Shown here piece by piece: positions 36,642 to 46,938 of a DNA stretch of 64,000 nucleotides. The number at the start of each line of letters is the position of its first letter. Within the stretch, counting starts at the first letter, position 1. Origin of the DNA: an uncultured bacterium (GTDB taxonomy: Bacteria > Planctomycetota > JAJSAM01 > JAJVHW01). The notes beneath the pieces are model-generated. The model did no database searches, had not been told where the DNA came from, and saw nothing but the letters and a program-made list of their open reading frames with translations. Position numbers and translations under genes: made by a program. The stretch lies in NCBI GenBank assembly GCA_937996235.1, contig CALKVK010000012.1, positions 145,139-209,138 of the forward strand. Direction: 5' to 3'.

Positions 36642-39600
36642 GTGACCGGGACGCGCCTCGGACCGTACCTCCTCGACCGCGAGCTCGGCGCGGGCGGGAT
36701 GGGGCGCGTCTACGCCGCCACCGTCGCCGCGCCTACCGACTGCGGCGTCCACGTCGGCGGGCGCGTCGCCGTGAAGCTCGTGCACGCGCACCTGCTCGAG
36801 TCGCCGGACGCGCTCGCGCGCTTCGAGCGCGAGGTCGCGATCGGCACGCGCGTGCGGCACGAGAACGTGGTGCGTACGTACGCGGGCGGCGCGCTCGACG
36901 GCGCGTGGGCGCTGGTGATGGAGTACGTCGAGGGCCAGACCCTCGCGGACCTCCTGAACGAGCTCGGTCCGCTCCCGGAGGAGCTCTGCCGCCACGTCGC
37001 GCGCGAGATGTGCAAGGGCCTCGCGGCGATCCACGCGACCGGCGCGATCCACCGCGACGTGAAGCCGGAGAACGTGCTCATCACGCCCGAGCACGTCGTC
37101 AAGCTGATGGACCTCGGCGTCGCGCGCTCGACCGACGACGCGCTGCGCCTCTCGCAGACGGGCGCGTTCGTCGGCTCGCTGCACTACGCCGCGCCGGAGC
37201 AGTTCGAGGACGGCGGACGCGGTCTCGACGCGCGCGTGGACCTGCACGCGCTCGGTCTCGTGCTCTACGAGCTCGCGACCGGCAGCGCGCCGTACCTCGC
37301 GGACGACATCCCGCAGACCGTGCGGCGCGTGCTGTCCGAGGACCCGCGGCGGCTCGGCGAGATCAACCCGCAGTGCAGCGCGTTCTTCGAGGAGGTCGTC
37401 CACACGCTCCTGCGCAAGCGCCGCGACGAGCGCTTCGCGTCGGCCGACGAGCTGCTCGCGGTGCTCGAGTCGGGCGAGGAGTCGCCGTGGTGGACGGAGC
37501 GTGCGCGCGCGCTCCAGCTCGCGACGCGGCGGCCGCTCCGGCGCATCCGCGTGCCGCGCGAGACGGCCGTCTACGGCCGCGACAGGGAGCTCGCGAAGCT
37601 GCGGGCGCTCTACGAGCTGGCGCGCGCAGGCGACGGGCAGGTGGTGCTCGTCGAGGGCGAGGCGGGCATCGGCAAGTCGCGCGTCGTGGACGAGTTCGTG
37701 GCGCGCCTGCAGCAGGAGGGCGAGGACGTCGACTTCCTGTTCGGGTCGTACCAGCCGGGCGGCGCGTCGGCTGCGGCGGGCGCGTTCTCGTCGGCGTTCC
37801 GCGAGCACTTCGGGCCCGACGGCTCCGCCGCGTACCTGCGCCAGACGCCGCTGCTCGTGCCTGCGTTCGACGCCGTGCTGCGCGGCGACGCGCCGCCGCC
37901 CGACGCGCAGCCGCTCTCCGCGGACTCGCTCGCGACGTGCTTCGTGCAGGCCACACGCGCCGTCGCCGCGGAGCGCCCCGCGATCGTCCTCGTGGACGAC
38001 CTCCACTTCGCGTCCGACGAGTCGCACACGCTCTTCGCGGCGCTCGCGATGGCGCTGCCGGGCCACCGCGTGCTGCTGATCGGCACGGTGCGGCCCGGCG
38101 CCGAGGGCGCGTGGCGCGGCACGCTCGCGCGGCTCGAGCACATGTCGCACATCGCGCTCGAGCGCCTCTTCCCGAAGGACCTCGTGCGCCTGCTCGAGGA
38201 CTCGTTCCACTCCTCGCAGCTCGCGCACGAGCTCGGCGTGCGCATCGCCCTCAAGTCCGACGGCAACCCCTACTTCGTGTTCGAGATCGTGCGCGGCCTG
38301 CGCGAGGGGCAGTTCATCACGCGCCGCGACGACGGCACGTGGGCGACGACGCGCGTCATCGACGACATCGAGATCCCGTCGTCGATCCTCGACCTCGTGC
38401 GCGCACGCGTCTCCACACTTGCACCGGCCGAGCGCGACCTGCTCGACGTCGCCGCGTGCTGCGGCTTCGAGTTCGACCCGCTGCTCGTCGCCGAGGTGCT
38501 CGGCATCGGGCGCATCCCGGTTCTCAAGCAGCTCGCGCAGATCGAGCGCGCGCACAGGCTCGTGCGCGCGAGCGGCCGGCGCTTCGTGTTCGACCACCAC
38601 CAGGTGCAGGAGGCGCTCTACGCGTCGCTGCCCGAGCTGCTCCGCGAGGAGTACCACGGCGCGCTCGGCGACGCGCTCGCGGCGCGCTCGGGCGCGGCCG
38701 AAGCCGACCCGCAGACGCTCGACGGTGCGCTCGCCGTGGACCTCGCCGAGCACTACCTGAAGGGCCTGCGCGGCACCGACGCGCTGCGCTACCTCGACCG
38801 CGCGCAGCAGGCGCTGCGCACCGCCTACTCGCTCGCGCGGTCGGTCGCGCTCGACGAGGCGGCGCTCGCGATCGACGGACTCCTGCGCGACGAGGCGCGC
38901 GTGAACGTGCTCGTGCGGCTCGCCTCGTGCCTCGACGATCTCGGGCGCAGCGAGCGCTGGCTCGCCGTGCTCGGCGAAGCCGTCGAGATCGCCGACCGGC
39001 TGGGCGAGGCGGGCGTGCGCGCCCGCGCGCATCGCGCACTCGGCCACGGCCACGAGCGCCTGCGCCGCAACGACGACGCGCTGCGCGAGCTGGAGCTCGG
39101 GCTCGTGCTCGCACGCGAGGCCGGCGACCGCGCCACGGAGTCGCAGGCGCAGAACTGTCGCGCGGTCGTCTACGCGACGAGCGGCCGGCTGCCCGAGGCC
39201 GAAGAGGCGTTCCGTGCGCTCGTCGCGCTGCGCGAGGAGAGCGGGGACCAGCGCGCGCTCTCCGCCGCCCTCGGCAACCTCGGCATCGCGCTCATGCACC
39301 TCGGCCGCGTCCCGGAATCGATCGCGTTCCAGGAGCGCTCGCTCGACGCCGCGCGACGCGCCGGCAACGCGCGCGCCGAGGCCGCGGCGCTCGGCAACCT
39401 CGCCCACGCGCTCCGCGCCGCGGGGCGGCGCTCCGAGGCGATCCCGGCGACCGAGCGCAGTCTCGAGCTGTGCCGCGAGATCGGCTACCGCCGCGGCGAG
39501 GCGCTCGCGCACTCGAGCCTCGCGATCGCGTTCCGCAGCACCGACCGCCTCGTGGAGGCGCGGCAGGCGCGCGAGGAGGCGGCGCGGCTCGCCCGCGAGT

Positions 39601-40259
39601 TCGGCGACCTGCGCATGCAGCAGGACGCGGACGCGGACCACGCCCTCGACCTGCACATGTGCGGACGCGTCGCCGAGGCGTGCGAGCGGCTCGAGACCGC
39701 CGTCGCGGCGGCGCGCGAGAGCGGCACGGGGCCACGCGAGGTCACGTCGCTGATCTTCCTCGCGCAGGCGCTCCGCGACCTGGGCGACGACGCCCGTGCG
39801 CGCGCGTGCTTCGAGACGGCGGTCACACGCGCGCGCGAGACGAGCATGCGCGACTGGGAGGCGTCCGCCCACGTCGGTCTCGCCGACCTGCTCGCCGACG
39901 CCGGCGACGCGGCCGGCGCGGCGGCGGCACTCGCCGCGTGCGAGGCGATCGCGCACGACAGCGACCTACCTGCGCTGCGGCTGCAGATCGCCTGCCTGCG
40001 CGCCGCGCTCCCGGGCGGCGACGCGACCGAGGCGCTCGCGCTCTTCGGACGCGACGCCGCATTCCTCGCCGAGTACGAGCGCCGCGCCGCGCTCGTCTGC
40101 CTCTGGCGCGCGACGGGCGACACCACACACCTCGCCGCCGCGCGCGCGTCGCTCCACGCCGCAGCCGCACGCCTGCCCGAGGAGGAGCGCCCCGCGTTCC
40201 TCGCCAACCTGCTCACCAACCGCACGATCGTCGCCGCCTGCAGCGCCCTCGGGCTCTGA
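36642..40259 (+). CDS. Ser/Thr protein kinase fused to an AAA/STAND-like ATPase and TPR repeats (~1205 aa); PknK-like regulator.
   Basis: GTG at 36642 gives VTGTRLGPYLLDRELGAGGMGRVY. Kinase motifs VAVK, HRDVKPENVLI, DLGVA, APEQ. P-loop VLVEGEAGIGKSRV and Walker B IVLVDDLH. C-terminal TPR-like repeats (ALGNLG...). Confidence 0.85.
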   Translation: MTGTRLGPYLLDRELGAGGMGRVYAATVAAPTDCGVHVGGRVAVKLVHAHLLESPDALARFEREVAIGTRVRHENVVRTYAGGALDGAWALVMEYVEGQTLADLLNELGPLPEELCRHVAREMCKGLAAIHATGAIHRDVKPENVLITPEHVVKLMDLGVARSTDDALRLSQTGAFVGSLHYAAPEQFEDGGRGLDARVDLHALGLVLYELATGSAPYLADDIPQTVRRVLSEDPRRLGEINPQCSAFFEEVVHTLLRKRRDERFASADELLAVLESGEESPWWTERARALQLATRRPLRRIRVPRETAVYGRDRELAKLRALYELARAGDGQVVLVEGEAGIGKSRVVDEFVARLQQEGEDVDFLFGSYQPGGASAAAGAFSSAFREHFGPDGSAAYLRQTPLLVPAFDAVLRGDAPPPDAQPLSADSLATCFVQATRAVAAERPAIVLVDDLHFASDESHTLFAALAMALPGHRVLLIGTVRPGAEGAWRGTLARLEHMSHIALERLFPKDLVRLLEDSFHSSQLAHELGVRIALKSDGNPYFVFEIVRGLREGQFITRRDDGTWATTRVIDDIEIPSSILDLVRARVSTLAPAERDLLDVAACCGFEFDPLLVAEVLGIGRIPVLKQLAQIERAHRLVRASGRRFVFDHHQVQEALYASLPELLREEYHGALGDALAARSGAAEADPQTLDGALAVDLAEHYLKGLRGTDALRYLDRAQQALRTAYSLARSVALDEAALAIDGLLRDEARVNVLVRLASCLDDLGRSERWLAVLGEAVEIADRLGEAGVRARAHRALGHGHERLRRNDDALRELELGLVLAREAGDRATESQAQNCRAVVYATSGRLPEAEEAFRALVALREESGDQRALSAALGNLGIALMHLGRVPESIAFQERSLDAARRAGNARAEAAALGNLAHALRAAGRRSEAIPATERSLELCREIGYRRGEALAHSSLAIAFRSTDRLVEARQAREEAARLAREFGDLRMQQDADADHALDLHMCGRVAEACERLETAVAAARESGTGPREVTSLIFLAQALRDLGDDARARACFETAVTRARETSMRDWEASAHVGLADLLADAGDAAGAAAALAACEAIAHDSDLPALRLQIACLRAALPGGDATEALALFGRDAAFLAEYERRAALVCLWRATGDTTHLAAARASLHAAAARLPEEERPAFLANLLTNRTIVAACSALGL

Positions 40260-40646
40260 CGCGCAGCAGCGGGCGGCGACGTGAGTCGGCGTCCGCCACG
40301 ACCTGTAGGGGCGACACCGTTCGGACGCCCCCCTCGCCCGAGCCCGGCCAGGCTCGCCCCTGCGGCGGCGGACGCTGCGATGGTCCTGCGCGTCCCGACG
40401 CCTCTGGCGGAGGATCCTGGGGACCTGCGCGCCGGGCGCGCCGCACACCGTGCGGCGGCGGACGCGCGACGGACGGTGGACGGCGGGTGCGCTGCACCCC
40501 GCGAGGACGCGCGACGAGGGAACGAGCCGACGCGAGGGGCGCGCGACGTCGCCCCCACGGACACTCCGCGGCCGCTTCGCAACCCCCGCACGCTGCATCT
40601 CGAGACTGATCCGGGTCCCCAGGCCAGTTCACGACGGAGCCAGGCA

Positions 40647-43600
40647 ATGACGATGGAAGCGCCGGTGGGCAACGACGAGATCACCGAGGCGGTGGTGCAG
40701 CGCATCCGCGAGCGCGTCGGCGGCCCCGGCGCGGAGTCGCGCGAGCGCCTCGCGCGCGCGCTGTTCGCGGACGCGGGCCCCGACGACCTGCGCGACGACG
40801 CGCCCGACGACGTCTACGGCGCCGCGCTCGCGCTCTGGTCGCTCGGCGCGCAGCGTCAGCGCGGGCGCGCCTCCGTGCGCGTCTACACGCCGGCCCTCGA
40901 CGAGGACGGGTGGTCGTCGCGGCACACGATCGTCGAGGTCGTCACCGACGACATGCCGTTCCTCGTCGACTCGGTGTCGAACTTCCTGACGCGCAACCAC
41001 GCCGAGGTGCTGCTCGTCCTGCACCCGCTGTTCCTCGCGGAGCGCGACGCGTCGGGCGCGCTGACAGAACTGCACCCCGAGGCCGGCCCCGGGGCGCGCG
41101 GCGCGCGCGAGTCGTGGATGCACGTGCGCGTGAGCGCGCAGCCGGCGTCGCGCCACGCCGAGTTGCGCGACGGCATCCTGGCGGTGCTCGCGGACGTGCG
41201 CGGCGCCGTCGAGGACTGGGAGGAGATGCGCGGCCTCTGCGAGCGCGCGGCGCACGACCTCGAGCCGCTCGGCGAGCGCTCCGAGGAAGCCGTGGCGTTC
41301 CTGCGCTGGCTGCTCGCGGACCACTACACGTTCCTCGGCTACCGCATCTACGACTTCGAGGGCGACCGCGCCTTCGTGCGCCAGGGCAGCGGCCGCGGCG
41401 TGCTGCGCGACGCGCTCGCGAGCGTCTTCGACGGCATGCTGACGGGCGGCCGGCGCCCGGCGGAGCTCGACCGCCCGGACCTCGTGCGGCTGACGAAGTC
41501 GAACCGCCGCTCGAGCGTGCACCGCGGCGTGCACATGGACGCGATCGGCGTGAAGCGCTTCGACGCGTCCGGCGAGGTCGTGGGCGAGCACCTGTTCGTG
41601 GGCCTGTTCACGTCGCTCGCGTACAGCGAGGGCGCGCGGCAGATCCCGATCGTGCGGCGCAAGGTGGCCGAGGTGCTGCGGCGCACGAGCTACCACCCCG
41701 CGAGCCACAACCACAAGACGCTCGTGCACATCCTCGAGACGTACCCGCGCGACGAGCTCTTCCAGATCGACGTGGACGATCTCGAGCGCATCGCGCGCGG
41801 CGTGCTCACGCTGCAGGAGCGCCAGCGCGTCGCGCTGTTCGTGCGCCTCGACCCGTTCGGACGCTTCGCGTCGTGCCTCGTCTACGTGCCGCGCGACCGC
41901 TACGACACGCCGCTCCGCCACCGCTTCCAGGAGATCCTGGAGAGCGCGTTCGACGGCCACGTGAGCGCGTTCTACACACTGCTCACCGACTCGCCGCTCG
42001 CGCGCCTGCACTTCATCGTCGCCACGACGCCCGGCCGCGTGCCGGAGTTCGACCGCCGCCGCATCGAGGCGTCGATGGTCGAAGCGGCGCGCTCCTGGGA
42101 CGACGCCCTCCGCGACGCGCTCGTCGAAGAGCGCGGCGAGCAGCGCGGGCTGCTCACGTACGAGCGCTTCCGCGGCACGTTCCCGCGGGCCTACGCGGAC
42201 GCGTTCCCCGTGGCGGTGGCCGTCCACGACGCGGAGCGCATCGAGGAGGCGCTCGAGAGCGGCGACGCGGCTCTCAACCTGTACCGCCCCATCGAGGCGC
42301 CGCCCCACGAGGTGCGCTTCAAGCTGTACGTGCACGGCGACGCGACGCGCCTCTCGGACGTGCTGCCCATGCTCGAGAACATGGGACTGCGCGCGCTGCA
42401 CGAGGTGCCCTACCGGGTGCAGCCGCAGGGCGCGCCCGGCCCGGTGTGGATCCGCGACGTCGCGCTCGAATCGCAGGACGGTCGCGCGATCGACCTCGGC
42501 CGCGTGCGCGACCGCTTCCACGAGGCGTTCCGCGCGGTCTGGCGCGGCGAGATGGAGAGCGACGGCTTCAACCGCCTCGTGCTCCGCGCCGGGCTCTCGG
42601 GCCGCGAGGTCACGGTGCTGCGCGCGTGCTGCAAGTTCCTGCGTCAGGCGCGCACGCCGTTCTCGCAGGAGTACATGGAGCAGACGCTCGCCGACCACCC
42701 GGAGCTCGCGCGCCTGCTCGTCGAGGTCTTCGTAGCGCGCTTCGACCCCGAGCACCGCGAGGGCGCCGAGGAGCGCGCCGACGCGGCCGTCGCGGGCGTG
42801 CGCCGCGCGCTCGACCAGATCTCGAACCTCGACGAGGACCGCATCCTGCGCGCGTTCCTGACGGTCATCGACGCGACCGTGCGCACGAACTACTTCCAGC
42901 GCGGCGACGACGGTCGGCCGAAGCGCTACCTCGCGCTCAAGCTCGACTCGCAGCGCATCCCCGACCTGCCCCGCCCGCGTCCGCTGCGCGAGGTGTTCGT
43001 CTACTCGCCGCGCGTCGAGGCGGTGCACCTGCGCGGCGGCATGGTCGCGCGTGGCGGCATCCGCTGGTCGGACCGCCGCGAGGACTTCCGCACCGAGGTG
43101 CTCGGCCTGATGAAGGCGCAGATGGTGAAGAACACCGTCATCGTGCCGGTCGGCTCGAAGGGCGGGTTCGTGGTGAAGCAGCCGCCGGCCGACCGCGCCG
43201 CGCTGCGCGACGAGGTCGTCGCCTGCTACCGCACGCTCATGTCGGGACTCCTCGACGTGACCGACAACCTGGACGGCGGCCGTGTCGTCCCGCCGCCCGC
43301 GGTCGTGCGCCGCGACGGCGACGACGCGTACCTCGTCGTCGCCGCCGACAAGGGCACGGCGACGTTCTCGGACATCGCGAACGGCGTCTCGGGCGAGTAC
43401 GGCTTCTGGCTCGACGACGCGTTCGCGTCGGGCGGCTCGGCCGGCTACGACCACAAGAAGATGGGCATCACCGCGCGCGGCGCGTGGGAGTCGGTGCGCC
43501 GTCACTTCCGCGAGATCGGCGTGGACGTGCAGACGACCGACTTCACCGTCGCGGGCGTCGGCGACATGGCCGGCGACGTGTTCGGCAACGGCATGCTGCT

Positions 43601-45482
43601 CTCGCCGCACATCCGCCTGGTCGCCGCGTTCAACCACATGCACGTGTTCCTCGACCCGGACCCGGATCCGGCGCGCAGCTTCGCCGAGCGCAAGCGTCTG
43701 TTCGAGCTGCCGACATCCACGTGGGCCGACTACGACACGTCGGCGCTCTCGGCGGGCGGCGGCGTGCACCCGCGCAGCGCGAAGTCGATCCCGCTCTCGG
43801 AGCCGGTGCGGCGCCTGCTCGGCGTCGACGCCGAGGCGCTGCCGCCGAACGACGTCATCCGCGCGATCCTGCGCCTCGACGTGGACCTGCTCTGGCTCGG
43901 CGGCATCGGCACCTACGTGCGCTCGAGCCGCGAGACCGACGCCGACGCCGGCGACCGCTCGAACGACGCGCTGCGCGTGGACGCGACCGAGCTGCGCGCG
44001 AAGGTGATCGGCGAGGGCGCGAACCTGGGCCTCACGCAGCGCGCGCGCATCGAGTACGCGCTCCGCGGCGGCCGCCTGAACACCGACTTCATCGACAACT
44101 CCGCGGGCGTGGACTGCTCGGACCACGAGGTCAACCTGAAGATCCTGCTCGGCGAGGTCGAGCGCGCGGGCGACATCACGCGCAAGCAGCGCAACGAGCT
44201 GCTCGTGGACATGACCGAGGACGTGGCCGCGCTCGTGCTGCGCGACAACTACCTCCAGACGCAGTGCCTCACGGTCACGCAGCAGATGGGCGCGCGCCTC
44301 CTGCAGCGCATCGGCCGCGCGATGCGCGAGATGGAGCGGCAGAACCGGCTCGACCGCAAGCTCGAGTTCCTGCCCGACGACGACGAGCTGCGCGATCGCG
44401 CGCAGCGCGGACTCGGACTCACGCGGCCCGAGCTCGCGATCCTGCTCTCGTACACCAAGATGGTGCTCTACGACGAGTTGCTCGCGTCGAGCGTCCCGGC
44501 CGACCCCTGCCTCGACGCCGACCTCGACTCGTACTTCCCGGCGCCCGTGCGCGCGCGCTTCCCGGAGGCGATCCGCCGCCACCGCCTGCGGCGCGAGATC
44601 GCGGCGACGGTCGTCACGAACGAGATCGTCAACCGCGTCGGCATCACCTTCGTGCACGAGGTGCGCGAGAAGTGCGGCCTGCCCGCGGCCGACATCGCGC
44701 GCGCCTACGTCGCCGCGCGCGACGTGCTGCGCATCCGCGCCGCATGGCGTGCGATCGAGGCGCAGGACGGCGCGATGCCGGCGCAGCTCCAGGCGACGCT
44801 GCTCGCCGAGTGCGGGCGTCTGCACGAGCGCGTGACCGTGTGGTTCCTGCGCGCGGCCGGACAGGGTCTCGACGTCGCCGAGCAGGTCCGCAGGTACGAG
44901 CCCGGCGTGCGCGAGTTCCGCCACGCGCTGCGCGAGGTGCTCGCGCCCGACCAGCTCCACGAGCTCGTGGCGCGCGCCGAGTCGTGGATCGCGGCGGGCG
45001 CGTCGCGCGACCTCGCGGAGGCGATCGCGAGCTTCGCGTACCTGGCGCCGGCGCTGGACGTCGTGCGTCTCGCGCAGCGCACCGGACTCTCCGTGCCGGC
45101 GATGGCGCGCACCTACTTCGCCGTGGGCGCGCGCTTCGGCTTCACGTGGTTGCGGCACGCGGCGCTGCAGCTCCCGAGCGAGTCCTCGTGGGACAAGCGC
45201 GCCGTCACGGCGCTCGTCGAGGAGCTCGACGCGCAGCAGGCCGACATCGCGGCGGCGGTGGTCGAGCGCGCCCACCCGGCCGGCGCCGCGCCTGCGGCGT
45301 CCGGCGCGGCGCCGGTCGCGCCGGCCGACGAGCCGCTCGGCGTCATCGAGGCGTGGGCGGCGACGCGCGGGCCGCTCGTCGCGCGCGTGGACGAACTCCT
45401 CGGCGAGCTCCAGGCCCAGCCCGCCCCGGACCTGGCGATGCTGGCCGTCGCGAGCCGTCAGCTCAAGACGCTGAGCGCCTGA
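40647..45482 (+). CDS. NAD-specific glutamate dehydrogenase, large (Bac_GDH, ~1611 aa) form.
   Basis: Internal ATG at 40647 (MTMEAPVGN). Diagnostic central GDH catalytic region (PVGSKGGFVVKQPP, DKGTATFSDIANG, GSAGYDHKKMGITARGAWESV, NSAGVDCSDHEVN). Length matches. Confidence 0.9.
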   Translation: MTMEAPVGNDEITEAVVQRIRERVGGPGAESRERLARALFADAGPDDLRDDAPDDVYGAALALWSLGAQRQRGRASVRVYTPALDEDGWSSRHTIVEVVTDDMPFLVDSVSNFLTRNHAEVLLVLHPLFLAERDASGALTELHPEAGPGARGARESWMHVRVSAQPASRHAELRDGILAVLADVRGAVEDWEEMRGLCERAAHDLEPLGERSEEAVAFLRWLLADHYTFLGYRIYDFEGDRAFVRQGSGRGVLRDALASVFDGMLTGGRRPAELDRPDLVRLTKSNRRSSVHRGVHMDAIGVKRFDASGEVVGEHLFVGLFTSLAYSEGARQIPIVRRKVAEVLRRTSYHPASHNHKTLVHILETYPRDELFQIDVDDLERIARGVLTLQERQRVALFVRLDPFGRFASCLVYVPRDRYDTPLRHRFQEILESAFDGHVSAFYTLLTDSPLARLHFIVATTPGRVPEFDRRRIEASMVEAARSWDDALRDALVEERGEQRGLLTYERFRGTFPRAYADAFPVAVAVHDAERIEEALESGDAALNLYRPIEAPPHEVRFKLYVHGDATRLSDVLPMLENMGLRALHEVPYRVQPQGAPGPVWIRDVALESQDGRAIDLGRVRDRFHEAFRAVWRGEMESDGFNRLVLRAGLSGREVTVLRACCKFLRQARTPFSQEYMEQTLADHPELARLLVEVFVARFDPEHREGAEERADAAVAGVRRALDQISNLDEDRILRAFLTVIDATVRTNYFQRGDDGRPKRYLALKLDSQRIPDLPRPRPLREVFVYSPRVEAVHLRGGMVARGGIRWSDRREDFRTEVLGLMKAQMVKNTVIVPVGSKGGFVVKQPPADRAALRDEVVACYRTLMSGLLDVTDNLDGGRVVPPPAVVRRDGDDAYLVVAADKGTATFSDIANGVSGEYGFWLDDAFASGGSAGYDHKKMGITARGAWESVRRHFREIGVDVQTTDFTVAGVGDMAGDVFGNGMLLSPHIRLVAAFNHMHVFLDPDPDPARSFAERKRLFELPTSTWADYDTSALSAGGGVHPRSAKSIPLSEPVRRLLGVDAEALPPNDVIRAILRLDVDLLWLGGIGTYVRSSRETDADAGDRSNDALRVDATELRAKVIGEGANLGLTQRARIEYALRGGRLNTDFIDNSAGVDCSDHEVNLKILLGEVERAGDITRKQRNELLVDMTEDVAALVLRDNYLQTQCLTVTQQMGARLLQRIGRAMREMERQNRLDRKLEFLPDDDELRDRAQRGLGLTRPELAILLSYTKMVLYDELLASSVPADPCLDADLDSYFPAPVRARFPEAIRRHRLRREIAATVVTNEIVNRVGITFVHEVREKCGLPAADIARAYVAARDVLRIRAAWRAIEAQDGAMPAQLQATLLAECGRLHERVTVWFLRAAGQGLDVAEQVRRYEPGVREFRHALREVLAPDQLHELVARAESWIAAGASRDLAEAIASFAYLAPALDVVRLAQRTGLSVPAMARTYFAVGARFGFTWLRHAALQLPSESSWDKRAVTALVEELDAQQADIAAAVVERAHPAGAAPAASGAAPVAPADEPLGVIEAWAATRGPLVARVDELLGELQAQPAPDLAMLAVASRQLKTLSA

Positions 45483-45576
45483 CCGCTACGAACGGTGTCC
45501 GACACCGTTCGTCGGCTTGACCGCTACGAACCGTGTCAGACACGGTTCGTAGCGGACACCGTTCGTAGCGGTCAGG
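45483..45576. repeat. REP-like palindromic element cluster (family GCTACGAACGGTGTC-N-GACACCGTTCGTAGC). 2-3 copies, between convergent genes.
   Basis: The perfect palindrome GAACGGTGTC C GACACCGTTC and its variant GAACCGTGTC A GACACGGTTC were read directly. Family members recur at five other loci. Confidence 0.8.
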
Positions 45577-45583
45577 CGCTCAC

Positions 45584-46753
45584 TCAGCGCCGGACGACCT
45601 GCAGCCCCGAGACGCCCGTGGTGGCGTCCGCGACGAAGTCGACGGGCGTCAGCGCGCCCGTCTTCTTGTCCAGCGCGAAGGTGTAGAAGCCGACGCCCTG
45701 GTCGCCGTCCCCGGCGACAACGACGTACTTGCCGTCCGGCGAGCGGCCGTGCGCCTGGATTCTCGTGAGCGATGTCTCCACCGTGTCGGGCAGCGGCTCG
45801 ATCGCCCCGTTCCGCGCGACGGTCGCCGACTGGATCCCCTCGCTACGGACACCGAACAGGACGGCCGGCCCCTTCTTGGCGAAGTTCGCCCCCGATCCCG
45901 CCGAGCCCAACGTCGCGGTGTACGGCGAGCCCTTCAGCGGCCGGAGTTCGCCAGTCTTCCGGTCGATCGAGAACCCATGCACCAGCGGGCCGTCGCCGTC
46001 GCCCGCGTAGACACGCCTGCCGCGCGCGTCCACGTGCAGGTTCCACGCACCGTCGGTGTCCATGTCGCCGAGAGCTCCCGGCGCGGGCGTCAGAGCGCCA
46101 TCCTTCCCGACGGCGAACGACGCGATCAGGCCCCCCACCTCGTGGATGCACAGGAGCTGGCGCGACGTGGCCGCGAGGCCGTCCGGCCCGTCGCCGCCGC
46201 TCGCGACCGGCGACCCGGGGAGAACGCTCAGCGAGCCGTCGGCGGCCATCTCGTAGCCGCGGATCGTGTCCCTGGTGTAGTCGCTCGTGTAGACGAACGT
46301 CCGGCTGCCGCGATCGACGGCGCGCGTCCCGAACAGGCGGTTGCCGACACCCTCGACGGCGAACGGCGAGCCGGGGGCGAGGGTCAGGACGCCGTCCGCG
46401 CCGACGAGGTAGACGTTGAGCGCGTCGCTGCCCGGCATCACCAGCGCGTTCCGCCGCTTCGAGTAGCCGAGCAGCCCGCAGAACCCGCCGCAGCCCACGG
46501 GATCGACGTCGGGTGAGAACGGGCTGCCGGCGATCGGCGTCAGCGTGCCGTCGCTCTCCCAGGCGTACGCCAGCACGGCGGGCGAGGGGCTCGAGCGGTA
46601 GGCGTAGACGAACGTGCGCTTCGCCGCCCGCTTCGCCACTGTCTTCGCCGCTGCGTTCGCCGTCGGGCTCGCAGACCCCGCCGGCGCCGACGCGACCGGC
46701 AACGCGAACGCGACGGCCGCACAGGCCACGAGCAACGCCACACGGATGCGCAT
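45584..46753 (-). CDS. Secreted beta-propeller protein (lactonase / 6-phosphogluconolactonase-like, 7-bladed).
   Basis: Signal peptide MRIRVALLVACAAVAFALPVASA. Repeated G-x-x-P/F-D-G blade motifs (SPDGKYVVVAG, AADGSLSVLPGSP and similar). Confidence 0.75.
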   Translation of the reverse strand: MRIRVALLVACAAVAFALPVASAPAGSASPTANAAAKTVAKRAAKRTFVYAYRSSPSPAVLAYAWESDGTLTPIAGSPFSPDVDPVGCGGFCGLLGYSKRRNALVMPGSDALNVYLVGADGVLTLAPGSPFAVEGVGNRLFGTRAVDRGSRTFVYTSDYTRDTIRGYEMAADGSLSVLPGSPVASGGDGPDGLAATSRQLLCIHEVGGLIASFAVGKDGALTPAPGALGDMDTDGAWNLHVDARGRRVYAGDGDGPLVHGFSIDRKTGELRPLKGSPYTATLGSAGSGANFAKKGPAVLFGVRSEGIQSATVARNGAIEPLPDTVETSLTRIQAHGRSPDGKYVVVAGDGDQGVGFYTFALDKKTGALTPVDFVADATTGVSGLQVVRR

Positions 46754-46827
46754 CGACGAGCCCTCCGAGGAGTGCGCGGGGGCGGGGCGGGTGCCCGCCC
46801 CGGCGGCGGCGGAGGACTCTACACGCT

Positions 46828-46932
46828 CGACGAACGGCGCCCGCTACGAACGGTGTCGCTACGAGCGGTGTCAGACACCGTTCGTCGGCTTGACCGCTAC
46901 GAACCGTGTCTGACACCGTTCGTAGCGGTTGA
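46828..46932. repeat. REP-like palindromic element cluster, near-identical to the 45483-45576 copy.
   Basis: Shares the exact segment GACACCGTTCGTCGGCTTGACCGCTACGAACCGTGTC with the 45.5 kb locus. The two copies flank the lactonase-like gene. Confidence 0.8.
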
Positions 46933-46938
46933 CGACGC

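Noticed and set aside
36342-39956. 1204-aa minus-strand ORF
   Set aside because: Antisense to the STK-AAA-TPR gene, with Arg/Ala/Glu-rich junk.
40629-45275. 1548-aa minus-strand ORF
   Set aside because: Antisense to the NAD-glutamate dehydrogenase gene. No motifs and biased composition.
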